Origin: Paramecium tetraurelia
Taxonomy: Eukaryota
Assembly: GCA_000165425.1 (NCBI GenBank)
Contig: CT868061.1
Span: forward strand, 62,001-126,000
Direction of reading: 5' to 3'
DNA: 64,000 nt
Under the pieces are notes generated by a model. That model was not told where the DNA came from and did not search any database. It saw nothing but the letters and a program-made list of their open reading frames with translations. Shown here piece by piece: positions 40,501 to 53,147 of the stretch. Both the position numbers and the translations under genes were made by a program. The number at the start of each line of letters is the position of its first letter. Positions within the stretch are counted from its first letter, which is position 1.

Positions 40501-42447
40501 TTCTCTGGAGCTGTAGATACAATTATTGTAGCATTTGATTCATAACATAAATCATCATTATTCAAAAGCGATAACATTGACTGATTCCTTTATTTTATAA
40601 TTTGCAATTATAACTTTTTAGATTTTTCTAATAATTATTCTCCAAAATCTTTATCTTGAAGTACTTCAATGATGAATTTAGCATATAACCTTATGGCTTT
40701 AGGTAGGTTTTGAGTCATTTTTTAAATTTTATTCCACAGTTCTTCAACTTAAAGAATAGATAGATTGATTTTGGATCCAATTTCATTCATTTTACCTAAA
40801 TCAGGAGAATCCTCTTATAACTAAGACCAGAAGTCCATATGCATTAAAGTGGCTCTCTCTATTTTATTTTAAAATTATCTCATATTATTCTAAAATGCTA
40901 CTTCTGTTACTACGTCTAGTTTTTCATTAGTATTTTCACTTTGATTTACATTCATCTCAATTTCAATAATCTATTTATATCTATAAATTATGAATTCATT
41001 GTCAAAACTTGGGTATTACAAATCTGCCTAAAGTAACTCATTAAGTGCTTGTTATCTTTATTTCATTAAATCAAAGAGAAATAAAGAGTACCGTATTCTG
41101 AGGGTAATATTATTTGGAAATCTTTTGATTTAATTAAAATACACTTGTCCCAACACCATCAAAATGTCCACATCTCTTTCAGATAAAGTTAGATCTTTAA
41201 AGAAAGATTTTAAAATCCTTTGATTATTACCCCTTTTTTGCTTGAGATAGCAATCTTCTTTGGCACAAGTTGCTCTATGTATTTCTAAAAAACCATCAAT
41301 CATCAATTAGGAATCTGAATCTTCAGCTTTATACAATTTGATTAAATAGTCTGTCAAATTAAGGACTTCTTAAGGATCAGATACTTTATTTAAATTAGTC
41401 AATAACAATTCATAATTTAATTTATCGGCCTTCAATACTGCAGCTATCATGAAAGGTAAACCAAATAACCAAGCATAGATTGTTCCATAAAACAATTGCC
41501 CTTCTAAGAATTTAGCAAAACATAATATGATGACACCCCACATGTTTACTGCAGCCAAAACAGACCATGCTTTAGCAACATGCTTATTGTTATGAGGATT
41601 CTCAACGTGCATTATCCAAAAGACTAAAAAGCTTCCAATAGCAAGTATAAAAATAAATATATAATCATCCTATTTCCCAACCATAAAAGTATAACAAATA
41701 ACCATGATAAGTTCATAAGTAAGAAAAATAACTAGAAATCTGCCATTCTTTTTTGATTATGGGTTCTAAGGTAAATAAAGAGGTTCGTAATATATAAGTG
41801 CAAATGTAATGCAAAAAAGATAAAACATAATTATTCCAAATATCGAAACAATTCCATGTACTATATGTGTTCCTTACCAACACTTTGTTTCAGAAAATAA
41901 CAAGTGTACAGACTCTCCTTTTTCATTTATAGTACAAGCTAAGATTGAAAAAAATAAATCCATCATGGGCATATATAAAATTGATAGAAAGAGCTTAATT
42001 AATCCTCTCAAAATCTCTGTTAATAATGAGAAGTTTGTTTGTAATCTGTAATTAAGCAAAACTACTAGCATATAACCAAATAACACTAAGCCTAAGCAAG
42101 TATACATAATTGAAATTAACCCAACAAAGGAAATCATCTCGAAATAGGGAACTAATAATGAATATCTTTTTAATATAATAGTATTACCCTAAAATTCTAT
42201 GTATTTGTCGTGAGACGTCATAAGTCATCCAAACTGACCATATTTAACGATTAAATAGGATGTATGTCACCTAAAAAAACTACACAATTATGGCAAAATT
42301 GCTTAACACTATAGAGGGTTCATCATTCTTCAATAATAACTACGTGACTTAGAAGCAAATTAATTTGATTTCATTTATAAATTTTTCTGTTCTTGATTTA
42401 TGAATTTCCAAAGATTATTTGCCACTGAAATTCGATTTTAATTCCAT
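37524..42447 (-). CDS. Multi-TM PAS-domain protein, TmcB/TmcC-like (paralog C)
   Basis: Same architecture. PAS NLSCCNLFGFVKSEMINRKINIFMPSIYSKFHD; ends TRSMLLMIPLSVI. Intron ~42166-42187; ATG 42447, TGA 37524-37526. Confidence 0.87.
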
Positions 42448-43005
42448 TTTATTTATTCGGTTTGAAAATAATCTGACAAATTAAATTATTGAATAGGAAG
42501 AAAAGGTTAATTCTGAAAATCATTTCTTTATTAATTTTAGATACAAAACTAATATAGATAACTAAATTGTATGACTATAAGTTGCAGACAATATTTATAA
42601 ATCAAATAATTAAAAAATGAATAATTATAATAATAAGGCATTTTTGTCCTAGTAAAAGAAATTAAATACTTATAAATTTATATTATGGTGTTCACTTTGC
42701 AAACAACAAAATTATAAAATATTTCTATTATATCATTATAAATATTGAAAGTCTTACAAATTAAAAAACAATTTAATTTGAATTTGAAATGAATTAATCA
42801 AATTTAGAAAATCAAATATACTTTAATCGAGCATTTATTTAATTAACAAATTATAATATTATTAATAGCCAATGTTAATTTAGAAAAAGCACAAACTAAA
42901 ATAGCATAACTAAAAAAGGATGATTGATGGTTTTATTACATTTGAAAGTTAAATTATACAATTATAATACTCTTAGATAAACTTGATGATATTTTATGTT
43001 ATATA

Positions 43006-45993
43006 TCAATTTAATGTTAAAATAAACCCTATTGCTTAATATAATAATGGCATTAATGTGGGATGAGGAACTTATAGTTGCAAATTGATTGCAGTAGGTG
43101 TATGGATCACATTTGCTAATAATGACATTCCATTAACTAATGTAGCTGCATAGGATAGCAATTCAACACCCCTTTCATCCTTTCTCACTCCAATTAAGAA
43201 AAAGTAATTGCGTTCCAACTTTTCTCTCATCTAAAATTATGATTTTAATATAGTACTCTCTATGGATCTATTTAAATCTAAAGAACTTCTTGTTTTCTGG
43301 CTTGATTTTATGCTTGGCTCAACTCAATGAATTTTTATTAAGTGATGCTTGCAGTGCTGCTCTAAAATTATAAGTATTTATAATACAAATAAAACACTTA
43401 AGGACATTGGGATCAAGAAATAGAATACATCCAAATTAGTCTTAAAAGCAACCTGAATTTTATATGGCATTTAAGGAGGTTCTTCAGATGCAGGGCCGTT
43501 AGTATTGATGTATGATTAAGTAACTTATGTTTAACCTGGAAATACAGGTTGACTTTATATTTCAATAGCATCAGGTTATAATTTGAATGGATTTTTATTA
43601 AATTTAATTCCGAAGTCTGAAAATGTTTTATCTTAGGTTTTGTTTGTGATTCTTAGATCAAGTACAATTTTATCACCATTCTTTTGGAAGGCAGCTTCGA
43701 TTGACAATCCTAAAATTTACGATTATGCACCTGGAGTATTAACATATTAAGACTTCAGCAAATGGTATTCTAACATTTTAGGTTTAATTGGGTTATTAGA
43801 TTTATTAAGTAGGTATTTATTATTATTATTATTATTATTATTAGGGTATTTATTGTTACTATGGTATTTATTAGGGTATTTATTGCTATTATGGTTCATC
43901 TAATTCTAATAAATCAATTTTTTAAGAAACTTATTATATTTATGATTATTAAACTTAAGATTAAATCTATGATGAGGTATCATAACTATTTTCATAGACG
44001 TTGGATTATCCTGCTTATTAATCACTATAATCTTCAGGTCTTCCTTCCATCAATTCTTCTGCATCATAGACCTCATCAATTTTATCAGCAATTTTAGAAT
44101 TTAACACATCTCTCAATTTCTTAACAAAGCTTTCAGGTTTCTTAGTATATACAGAACTCAAGTTTCCAATATTTTCGATTAATTTATCTAAGAGTTCATT
44201 TTCAATTGTATAACTGGAATCAGAGATAGTTGGTCTTTCTGTAAAAACTATTTTTTTGGCTAATTCTGGATCTGTAGATAACATTCTCCAATAAATGTAT
44301 GCTCTATCTCTAAGATCTGGGTTTTCACATTCAATAGTAGCTGTTTTAAGAAGATTGTGTATCAATTCCTTTCCATCATTTGGTCTTTATAAAAACAACT
44401 TCATGACAGCAACTAGTATTTAATGTTAGACATTTGCAGGTTCATCCTTGAAAGCTTGGGAGATGTAACGGTAACAACGTGGGACTGAGTATTGGCTACT
44501 AGCGTGTCAGCATTTTCGATGGTATCAACGTATTCTCCAATAATCCAAATCATGGAGGCTTTGGCTTCTGGATCTTCAAGACTTTTGAGATTTTCACAGA
44601 GATCCTTAAGAATCATCTCATACTTTCTAGGGTATTTCCTAAATATATCTCTAATGACAATAATGCTTTCCATAACAACATAATTGACCTTTGTTTTAAG
44701 ACATTCCCAAAGAGCTGTAACACACTTTTCAGCTGCTTTTTCTAAATTTGATAGCACATCTTCCAATTGTTCTGACTGCTTTTCTCACAAACTCTACATC
44801 TACTTCTTGAGTGTATTCTTTTAATTCATGTAAAATTTATTGAATGTTATCATTATTGGCTAATTTTGCCAACACTTCTAATTTTTACAATTTGATATAG
44901 ATTGGATCATTAAAATTACAAAAGAATACTTTGATATCTTTTTCAATGATTATTGGTCTCTTTTGAATGATCAAATTAATATTTTTTAATGCAACATATT
45001 AAATTTCTGGCTCTTTGCCCAAACTTAAAAGTGAAATCAATGGGGCAGTCATTTTCAATGCATTTTGTCTAAGGGTTTCTGGATTTTAAAGATAATCCAA
45101 GAATTTCATCATTATTTTACACGCTGATAACACTACTCCTGGATTGTTGTGATTCAATCTAGGACTGACTCTCTCTAAGATTCTTAAAATACTATTAAAT
45201 ATTACGCTTCTGCTTCTTTTCCATCTTCAGGAACGTACATAGCCAAAGCATCTAAACAATATATAACACCCCATTCATTGCACTCATTCATAGCTGTCAA
45301 TATTTTTTAACTTGTGTAAGAATTCAATTATAACATTGTTGTCCCTTTTGATTCTTGGACAATCAATAATGCACAAACTGCATTTGCAACAACCATTGCG
45401 TTTCCATCATTCAACAAATTGTCAAGAAGCTTCAATAAACCCTATTCTTCAATAAGTTCAGGTGACACATCATATAATTTAGAAATACAAATAGCTGCAG
45501 TCTTTCTTACGTATGAATCTTCATCCTGATTAAATATTTAGATAAATTACTTTGATGGATTCTTTTAATGGATCCAATAAATATTCGGTGATTAACTTTA
45601 CTCTGATACATCCCATTGTTCTGATAGCTAGTGCTCTCAGAAATGGATTTGTCTTATCTCTTGCATCCTTACGGAAACTGTTGACAGCCATAACAGCAAG
45701 ATCAGGCATAATTTTTGCATAATTGATGATGTACAAGTACACCAGCTTTTTTAATTCTAAATTAGAAGTCTCCATATTCTTTGCCACATCTGGAAATAAC
45801 ATACTAACATCTTTGCCTCTTGTCATAGCATCAATAATCTAAGAATTATTATTCAAAGTACTTTTCTGATGGCATCTCTTTTAGACTCTATTTTATTCTA
45901 ATTCAAGGCATCTTGCAATTCCTTGACTTCTTTTCCGTATCTGGATCTTGAACTTCTACTGCTGCTTGAAGTTGAAGCTGAAGGACGACTCAT
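43006..45993 (-). CDS. AP-1/AP-2 complex beta subunit (beta-adaptin); frame broken at two places in this sequence
   Basis: [71 protein letters not shown]-rich hinge and appendage domain. ATG 45993, TGA 43006-43008. Lesions at ~44745 and 44453-44508. Confidence 0.92.
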
Positions 45994-47440
45994 GCAATTT
46001 AATTTTAATTTAAAAATATCTTGATATTTTCTTCATCTAGTGAAAAAGTTCACTTTATTATTTCAAAAATGTTTGGATATTGAATGATATTCATTTGTAA
46101 TATATGGTACTTTGAATGAACTCATAATAATTCTACTATTTATCCTATTCATTAGTAAACAATTCTTTAGCATCGAGAACCACTTTGAATTATCTAATTA
46201 TTATTTTAATAGATTTCTATTTTCAAAAAAAGATATTGCTTTCTAAACATTGAATAATCTGGTTGTTTTTTGTAAATGAATTTTGAATTCACTATCTAAG
46301 AACAAAATTTATTTGAATTGTCTCAAAATTGTATTCTTTTTATTGAATTATATGTAAGGATTTAAATAGTATTTTAATTATTCTTGTATAGGTTCATTTG
46401 AAAACCTTTTGTTGCGATTTGTAAATGTTATAAATTTTGGGTAATAAATAAGGATTATTTAGCTTTCTCAATCAAATTTTTGATTATTTTTCTAACTTCT
46501 ATGAATATTTGCTATAAATCATTTTATATTTTCATTAATAATAGATAGAATCAAGATCAATCATTCATTTGAAATTATTAAAAAATATTAAATTTATAAA
46601 TGTTGTTAATATTTAAGATACACTATTTTGATTTGAATTCACTAATTATAATTGAATCATTAATAAAGATACTATTTATCAAGAATCAATAATTTTTGGA
46701 GCAGAATATAGATTACACAGATTTATTGGTAAAAATAAATTGAAAATTCAGTAAACTACTTAATGTTAACAAGACCTGGTTTTCTTTCTAATAATTTGGT
46801 TAATAATGCAAATAATTTAATCATTCATTTAACTTAGGATAAATAGCAGAATTACAACCCAACAAATTTAAAAAAAAAACTCATACCAAATATTGTATTA
46901 ATACTTTCTTATATGTTACAATATAACTGATCAATAGTATTACATATAAGAATATTATTCAAAGATGCGCTTTACCATCATTGAAATTATTGCTTCATTA
47001 TCATAAAATACTGAAAATAAAATTGATTGGATAAAATAATTTTTATAATATTATTTGATTTTCTTCAATATTTTTGTTAATAGAATTTAAAGCACATTTT
47101 TTCTTATTTATTCACTAAATAGAGAAAAAGATCTTTCTGTAAATATAGGTTATAAAACTAAATGAAAGAAATCATCAGCATCATATTAACTTACATTATC
47201 GGCTTAATCTATATGTTATTTTCATCTTATTTAATTGATAAATAATTTTCGATTACATTATTAATATTGATTAGGATCTTGCTATATTCTAATAAACTTG
47301 ATGTAATAGAAATAAGTAAATCCTTAGACTGATGGATAAGTGTCATTATTTCCCATTTCCAAAATTTACCTTCTTAAAACTCCTCTTTAAATTCATCTGT
47401 TATAAGTAAAATATTCAAATTACAAAATATTTTTAATAAA

Positions 47441-48412
47441 TCATATTTATTTAATTTCATATCCCTTAGCCTTCTTATTCCAAATAATAAGATAATCAAA
47501 ATTTGGAGTCACAGCCCCAAATATTCTTTCATCTGAAAATTCACAAGTTTTAACAATCTAATATTGACTATCTTATTCTCTCTTGATAACAAATAGTTTC
47601 TTATTCAATTTCATAGTAAATAATGCTTTTTGTTTATTCCATTACACTGGAAAGAAGGATTTGTCTTCTTAAGCAACTCCAAGATTCAAGGTATATTTTT
47701 ACTTTTGGATAACCTTAGTATTTTTTAAATATTTATAAAATTCTGTACTTCCTGATTCCAAAGGCTAAAAGACAATTTCATCATCACTAATGAAACTAGC
47801 TCGAAATCCATTTCCATTGAGTTAAATCTATGCAGCTTCTTTCCAAACTCTACCATCTTATGTATAAACCTTAATTTTCTTGTCCCAACCTAGTGTTAAA
47901 AGTGAATCCTAGGAATCATTCAGACTTATACTATAAATCTGACCTTAGTGGGCTTGTATTTCTTTTTATAATTAATAGTCATTTCCATTTTTATCAAATA
48001 TTAATAAATTACCATTCCATAGTCCAACAATAAGTTATGAGTCATCCTGTTTCAATAATGAAGATATAGGCCAGGACTAGGTCTTAATCTCTTGTTGTTT
48101 CTAAAACTAATTGTTTGCATTCAAAGTCCAGATTTTAATTGAATTATCATCACTTCCCGAAACAAACATATTCTATTATTTACTATAAGTCAACGTGTTA
48201 ATATCCTTCTAATGAGCCTTAATGAGATATTTCTTTTTGTCATAAGTCAAGTTCCCTCCTTGAAGTTTCCAAACTTTGATTAATTTTCCTGAACCACTAA
48301 TCATAATATTGCCTTCTTTATTATAAACAACTGAATAACACCATTGATCCTGACTCATAGGCTGAGCATCATTGATTTCAAGCCAATTGTCATCTTCTTC
48401 ATTGACATACAT
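47441..48412 (-). CDS. WD40-repeat protein (323 aa)
   Basis: Code-6 ORF with ISGSGKLIKVW, FVSGSDDNSIKIW, LLTLGWDKKIKV, TPNFDYLIIW. TGA 47441-47443. Confidence 0.85.
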
Positions 48413-48439
48413 AATTCTATTAAATATTAATTTTAATAA

Positions 48440-49464
48440 TCAAATATAATTATAAAACATTAGTCTAATGAATTCCTTAAAAATTTCAGGGATTTCTTTA
48501 TTGTATATTTTGCAAAACATTTCAAAATTAATAATATTCCCTTAAAATTATTTGATTTTATATTTGTTCCTTGGTGAGTTCTTCATTGTAGTAATTAACA
48601 TGGGTCTGGGCTTTTCCTTAAACTCACATAGGTATATCCTTTTCAGTTTTTTCTCTCTCTCATTTTCAATGGGAACATTTTTGTAAATAAAGTCGACATC
48701 CTTCTAAATTGCTCCATTTGACGTAAACATTTTGAATAGATCAGATGATGAAATGAATCCTTTGCAATCAAGATCAAATGTTTAAAATATACATGATTGA
48801 ATCTCTATATTACATTATTTATACCAATTTATTGCATATCTTGAATTTAATAAATCAATTGTTTAAACGAAGGTAAAGTTATTTTGGAAGGGCAGTTTAA
48901 TAACTGTAATAGTTTGCTAACGTAATCCAATGAGCCAATATATTAGGTTAAATATAGCGTTAACTAATTTAGATGTCATATAATTACTTAGAATTTTGTG
49001 AATTCTGCATTTAATTTAGAGAGTAATTTCTTATAATTTAAAGTTATTTGTTAATTGTTAATTTCAAGACCTAAGAACCCTTTCCTTTGATTTTTACTTG
49101 CCTTTGTGGAAAATGATCTGTATCTATCGTATCTTTTGGTGGTTGGACAATCTGATTCGTTAATATTTTAATTATCAAAGAAGTTTCTGTGGATAGCATC
49201 TAACTAGATGTGGGGTAATTAGACATCATTAATAGATTTCTATCTAATTTTACTATGAGAGTATTCAAGTTCTGTGTCTATCTGAAGATCACATGAGGGA
49301 TGAGACTTTTTGGACATAAAATTGGATCGATTTTTTTAGGGGAGATCAATGACTTGGGAACCAGAAGTGAGCAAGGGCTTGTGGGCTCTTGTTTTCACTT
49401 TTACAACATTCAAGATATTTTCTTGGAAACACTTTGCAAGAGCATAATTAAGTAATTCATTCAT
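48440..49464 (-). CDS. EF-hand-containing protein
   Basis: IFQTFDLDCKGFISSSDL EF-hand loop; intron ~48803-48824; TGA 48440-48442. Start at 49464 or at the in-frame ATG 49317. Confidence 0.65.
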
Positions 49465-50087
49465 TATTTTAATTATTTAGTCTTTATGCAAAATATTTAT
49501 TACTTTCCCTATATACGACTCAAAATCTGGTCTTGTTGTTTCTTTAATCTTTTAATCTCTTTTATCACTTGAGATTTATCATAATATTCATATCCAAATT
49601 TATTTTTCAATGCTATTCCAATCTTGAGACTGAAATTGCGATTGTCACTGAAGACATGCGATCCAAAGGTTTCTTCGATGATATGAATCTCTTCATTTGA
49701 TATGAATTGACCCAAAATTCGAAATCTATTTCTTGCTGCATTAAGTTTCTTAGCATATACCTTGATTATAGTTCTTCTCTTAGCACGTTTCATCCTAAAC
49801 ACCTCTGACTTCTTTTTCCTCGTCATATCTGTAGTTTGACTCTGAAAATGAATGTCCCTTCTCTTGTGTTTACTTTCTAGTAATAATTCAAATTGTCGTA
49901 TCACATCCATTTCAGACTATGTGAAATGGTGAGCCTCCTTGAAATGCAGGATTTACTCTTGTAACTATCTAATCACATCCTTCTTGCTTGTAATAGATTC
50001 ATTACCAATCATGAATTGTTCTGATTCCAATTGTGGATCAGCAAGAGTTTTAATAAAAGAAGTTAGGGGAGGACGAAAGAAATTCAT
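49461..50087 (-). CDS. Hypothetical basic protein (~200 aa)
   Basis: Code-6 ORF from ATG 50087 through the track ORF 49509-49910 to a TGA at ~49461; both ends uncertain. Confidence 0.6.
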
Positions 50088-50099
50088 TTTTAATAATTT

Positions 50100-51200
50100 A
50101 TGTAAAAAAAAGTTATTAAAAAGTCTTCTACAGTCAAACAATTTGATGCAGCCTCTCCAGCCACCAAACTACTAGAAAAGAGAAGAAAGATGTATGAGAT
50201 ACATGAAGCATATGAACATCAATAAGATGAATATAAGAAGTATGTATATTGCTTAAGACTTACTCAGACAGGAGGAAGAATTCAAGAAATAAGAGGAATA
50301 AATTCGAGAGAAAGACAAGTAGATTTAGGAAGAATTGATTAAGTTTTGTAATTTCTTGTAGGAGAATGAGGCAAAGAAAAAGAGAGCTTTGGTTCGGTTT
50401 CAAGAGGAGAAATCCTATAAGGAATAGAAAGAGAAGGAAATTTAAGATTTAACAGCCTAGTGGACTGATTTGTAGAGACATCAATAGAGATTGGAAAAGA
50501 AAGGTAAGCAATTTGAGTTCTTATGTCTTAAGTTACATCTTTAAAGAAGTACGAGGATTATTTGGATAGCATCATAAAGCAATATCCAGAGTAGTATCAT
50601 GATTTGTAATCCATTTTGGATAGATATGCCACATTGACCAATTCCAATTCTAAGTTGGTTGAAGAACATTAGAATATGGAGAAGGAATTCGAGAAACTTA
50701 AATATGAGTCAACTTAGTATGAGAAGGAGAAGAATCATGAGATTCTTTAATTAAATAATGATATAAAGGATTTGTAGAAGAAATTGGAAGAGAAGGCATC
50801 TGAGAGAAATCAAATCTAAAGTGTTTATGAAGCAACTACTAATGATGCTTCATCCAAAAGCTTAAGTTTGGGTAGAATTTTGATGGCTGTTGACAATCTC
50901 TTTACGCGATGTTAGGAAGGAACTTAGAGAATGAAGTAAGATTTCGAAGAGTACAAGTAGGATAAACAAAATAAGGAGAAGGTGAAGGATAAAATTACAA
51001 ATAATAAAATTCAAAATTAAGACTTATAATTTAATGACGAAGACAATTATGAATTAAAAAGTTAATGATTATTCTTAATTTTAGGTCAACAAGCTGCTTG
51101 GAAATTGAAACAAATTGTACAATTTATGTCGGATTTCAAAAAGATTATTGATAATTGCAAAGGAGAATTGGGAAAAGCGAAAGAATAAAAAATAAAATGA
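50100..51200 (+). CDS. CCDC42/CFAP73-like coiled-coil protein (DUF4200), copy 1
   Basis: SPATKLLEKRRKMYE, IQEELIKFCNFLQENEAKKKRA, KYEDYL, ILDRYATL, LGRILMAVDNLF. Introns 50240-50267, ~50503-50531, 51061-51084. Confidence 0.85.
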
Positions 51201-51229
51201 TATTAGATATATATATATATATAATATTA

Positions 51230-52296
51230 ATGAATAAATAAGAGAAAAGAAAGTTACCTAATCACTTATAATATGATACTGTAAGTCCTGCCACTAAATT
51301 ACTTGAGAAGAGAAGAAAAATGTACGAGGTGCATGAGGCATTTGAAGCACAAAGAGAGGAATTCAAAAAGTAAATCAATAAGCAAATTTTAGATAGGAAG
51401 ATAAGTTTAAGTTGGAGGAGGAAAAGATTAGATAAAAGGATATGGAAATTTAGGAGTCTTTAATTAAATTTTGCAAATTTCTATAGGATAATGAAGCAAA
51501 GAAGAAGAGAGCTGAAGGGAGATTAGAGGAGGAACGAAGATAAAAATTATAGAAAGAGAAAGAAATCTAGGATTTGAATGGGTAGTTGTAGGAGCTGGAA
51601 AAGAAATAATAAAAACTCGAGAAGAAGGGTATATTTAGGTTATTATCAAAACAGTTACTTCAATGAAAAAATATGAAGAATATTTAGATAGCGTTGCAAA
51701 GCAATACCCAGAATAGTATCATGATATGGCATCAATTTTAGAGAGACATAGCACATTATCGAGTTAGAATTAAAAATTGGTTGAAGAGCATTAATTAATG
51801 GAAAAAACTTATGAAACAGAAAAATATGTGTCAACCCAAACTGAGAAGGATAAGAATCACGAAATTCTATAATTCAATAATGATATTAAAGAACTTCAAA
51901 AAAAATTAGAAGAAAAGATAGTCGAGAGAAATTAATTGCAATAATTGGTTGAGGCATCAGCGAATGAAGCTTCATCTAAGAATTTGAGTTTGGGAAGAAT
52001 TCTAATGGCTATTGATAATTTATTTAATAGGTGTTAGGAGGGAACCTAGAAGATCAAACATGAATTGGAAGAAGCTAAATAGGATAACAACAAAAAGGAT
52101 GATAAAAAAACAAAGAAAGATGATAGTAAGAAGTAATAGAATAAGGATGAATATAAGGTAGAAGAGGAGGACAATTATGAAGTTAAAAGTTAATAGGCTA
52201 TGTAGAAATTAAAAATTATATCTTTGTACTTGAATGATTTTAAAAAGATTATTTAAGGATGCAAAGAAGACTATAAAAAAGCATAAAATAAATGAT
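51230..52296 (+). CDS. CCDC42/CFAP73-like coiled-coil protein (DUF4200), copy 2
   Basis: SPATKLLEKRRKMYEV, IQESLIKFCKFLQDNEAKKKRA, LGRILMAIDNLF. Introns ~51370-51392 and ~51629-51654; TGA 52294-52296. Confidence 0.85.
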
Positions 52297-52327
52297 TTTA
52301 ATTATATATATAAATAAATAAACTAGA

Positions 52328-53147
52328 TCATTCCAACTTTTTGGTAACAGCAGCTAAGAAATATTTTTTTTATGTTTATGACATGGGGAATCTCCTTGAA
52401 GAACGAGCTGTTTCTACTAGATTAATCATTTTATTTGGTGACATTACTTGCTTTTGAGGGGTTTCATAATCACAGCAATCATCGAATTGTACATTTTTAG
52501 ATGTCATTAATTCATTGAAATCCTTGAGTAATATTTGCATAATACTTCGCATTTTTGCTAAGTATTTTTATTTTTTTTATTTTATCTTTTGTTTTTCCTC
52601 CTATACTTATTCTGCTGCTTTGCTATAATGTTTGTGTATTTTAGGAGCTTCTTAATAAAATTTAACTAATGAATTGAGTTCAGTTTAATTTAAAATATGC
52701 AAATCATTTCTGATTGTAGATTTGAATGGTTCAAGTTCATTATTCATATTTAATTGATATTAAGTGCAATTATCTGATATTTTAATCATATCACTATCTA
52801 TTTGCCCTTTGAGATCCCCTTTAATCGAATTGAATTTTTATTTAATGCAATCCATACAGCTGTCTAATTCTGTGTCAATTTACTTCTCCAAATCCTTCTG
52901 AGGTGAATTAGAGGCTTGTTGAAATTCAACTGAGTTGATTTGTTAAATGGAATCATTTACGAAATCTTTGAATTAAGTAGTTGTTTTTCTAATATGAGTG
53001 ATGTGATCATCAAGAAAACAATCAGCACATCCTAAAATTAAAATATGCAATACCTATTTTTTTGGGAATAGAGCATTAGGGATCAACACAAACATATTTG
53101 ATGCGTTGAGAATCGTGATTTGGATGTTAGCAATTAGTGATTTCCAT
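52328..53147 (-). CDS. Hypothetical protein: N-terminal Cys/His cluster followed by coiled coil
   Basis: MEITNCQHPNH..YVCVDPQC..GCADCFLDDHITH after an intron at ~53032-53053; TGA 52328-52330. Confidence 0.7.

Noticed and set aside
43805..43900. ttaggg words and tta repeats suggesting telomeric or CRISPR-like repeats
   Set aside because: They encode the Q/I/P-rich beta-adaptin hinge (QQIPQ) on the minus strand. There is no tandem telomeric array or repeat-spacer pattern.
44453..44508. Retained IES or tiny intron as the explanation for the alien segment
   Set aside because: No TA-TA or GT-AG pair I tested restores the frame, and 50% GC is unlike AT-rich IESs and introns.
51205..51225. (TA)n tract, also at ~7553-7566
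   Set aside because: Short AT microsatellites in 3' UTR or spacer DNA, expected at this base composition.
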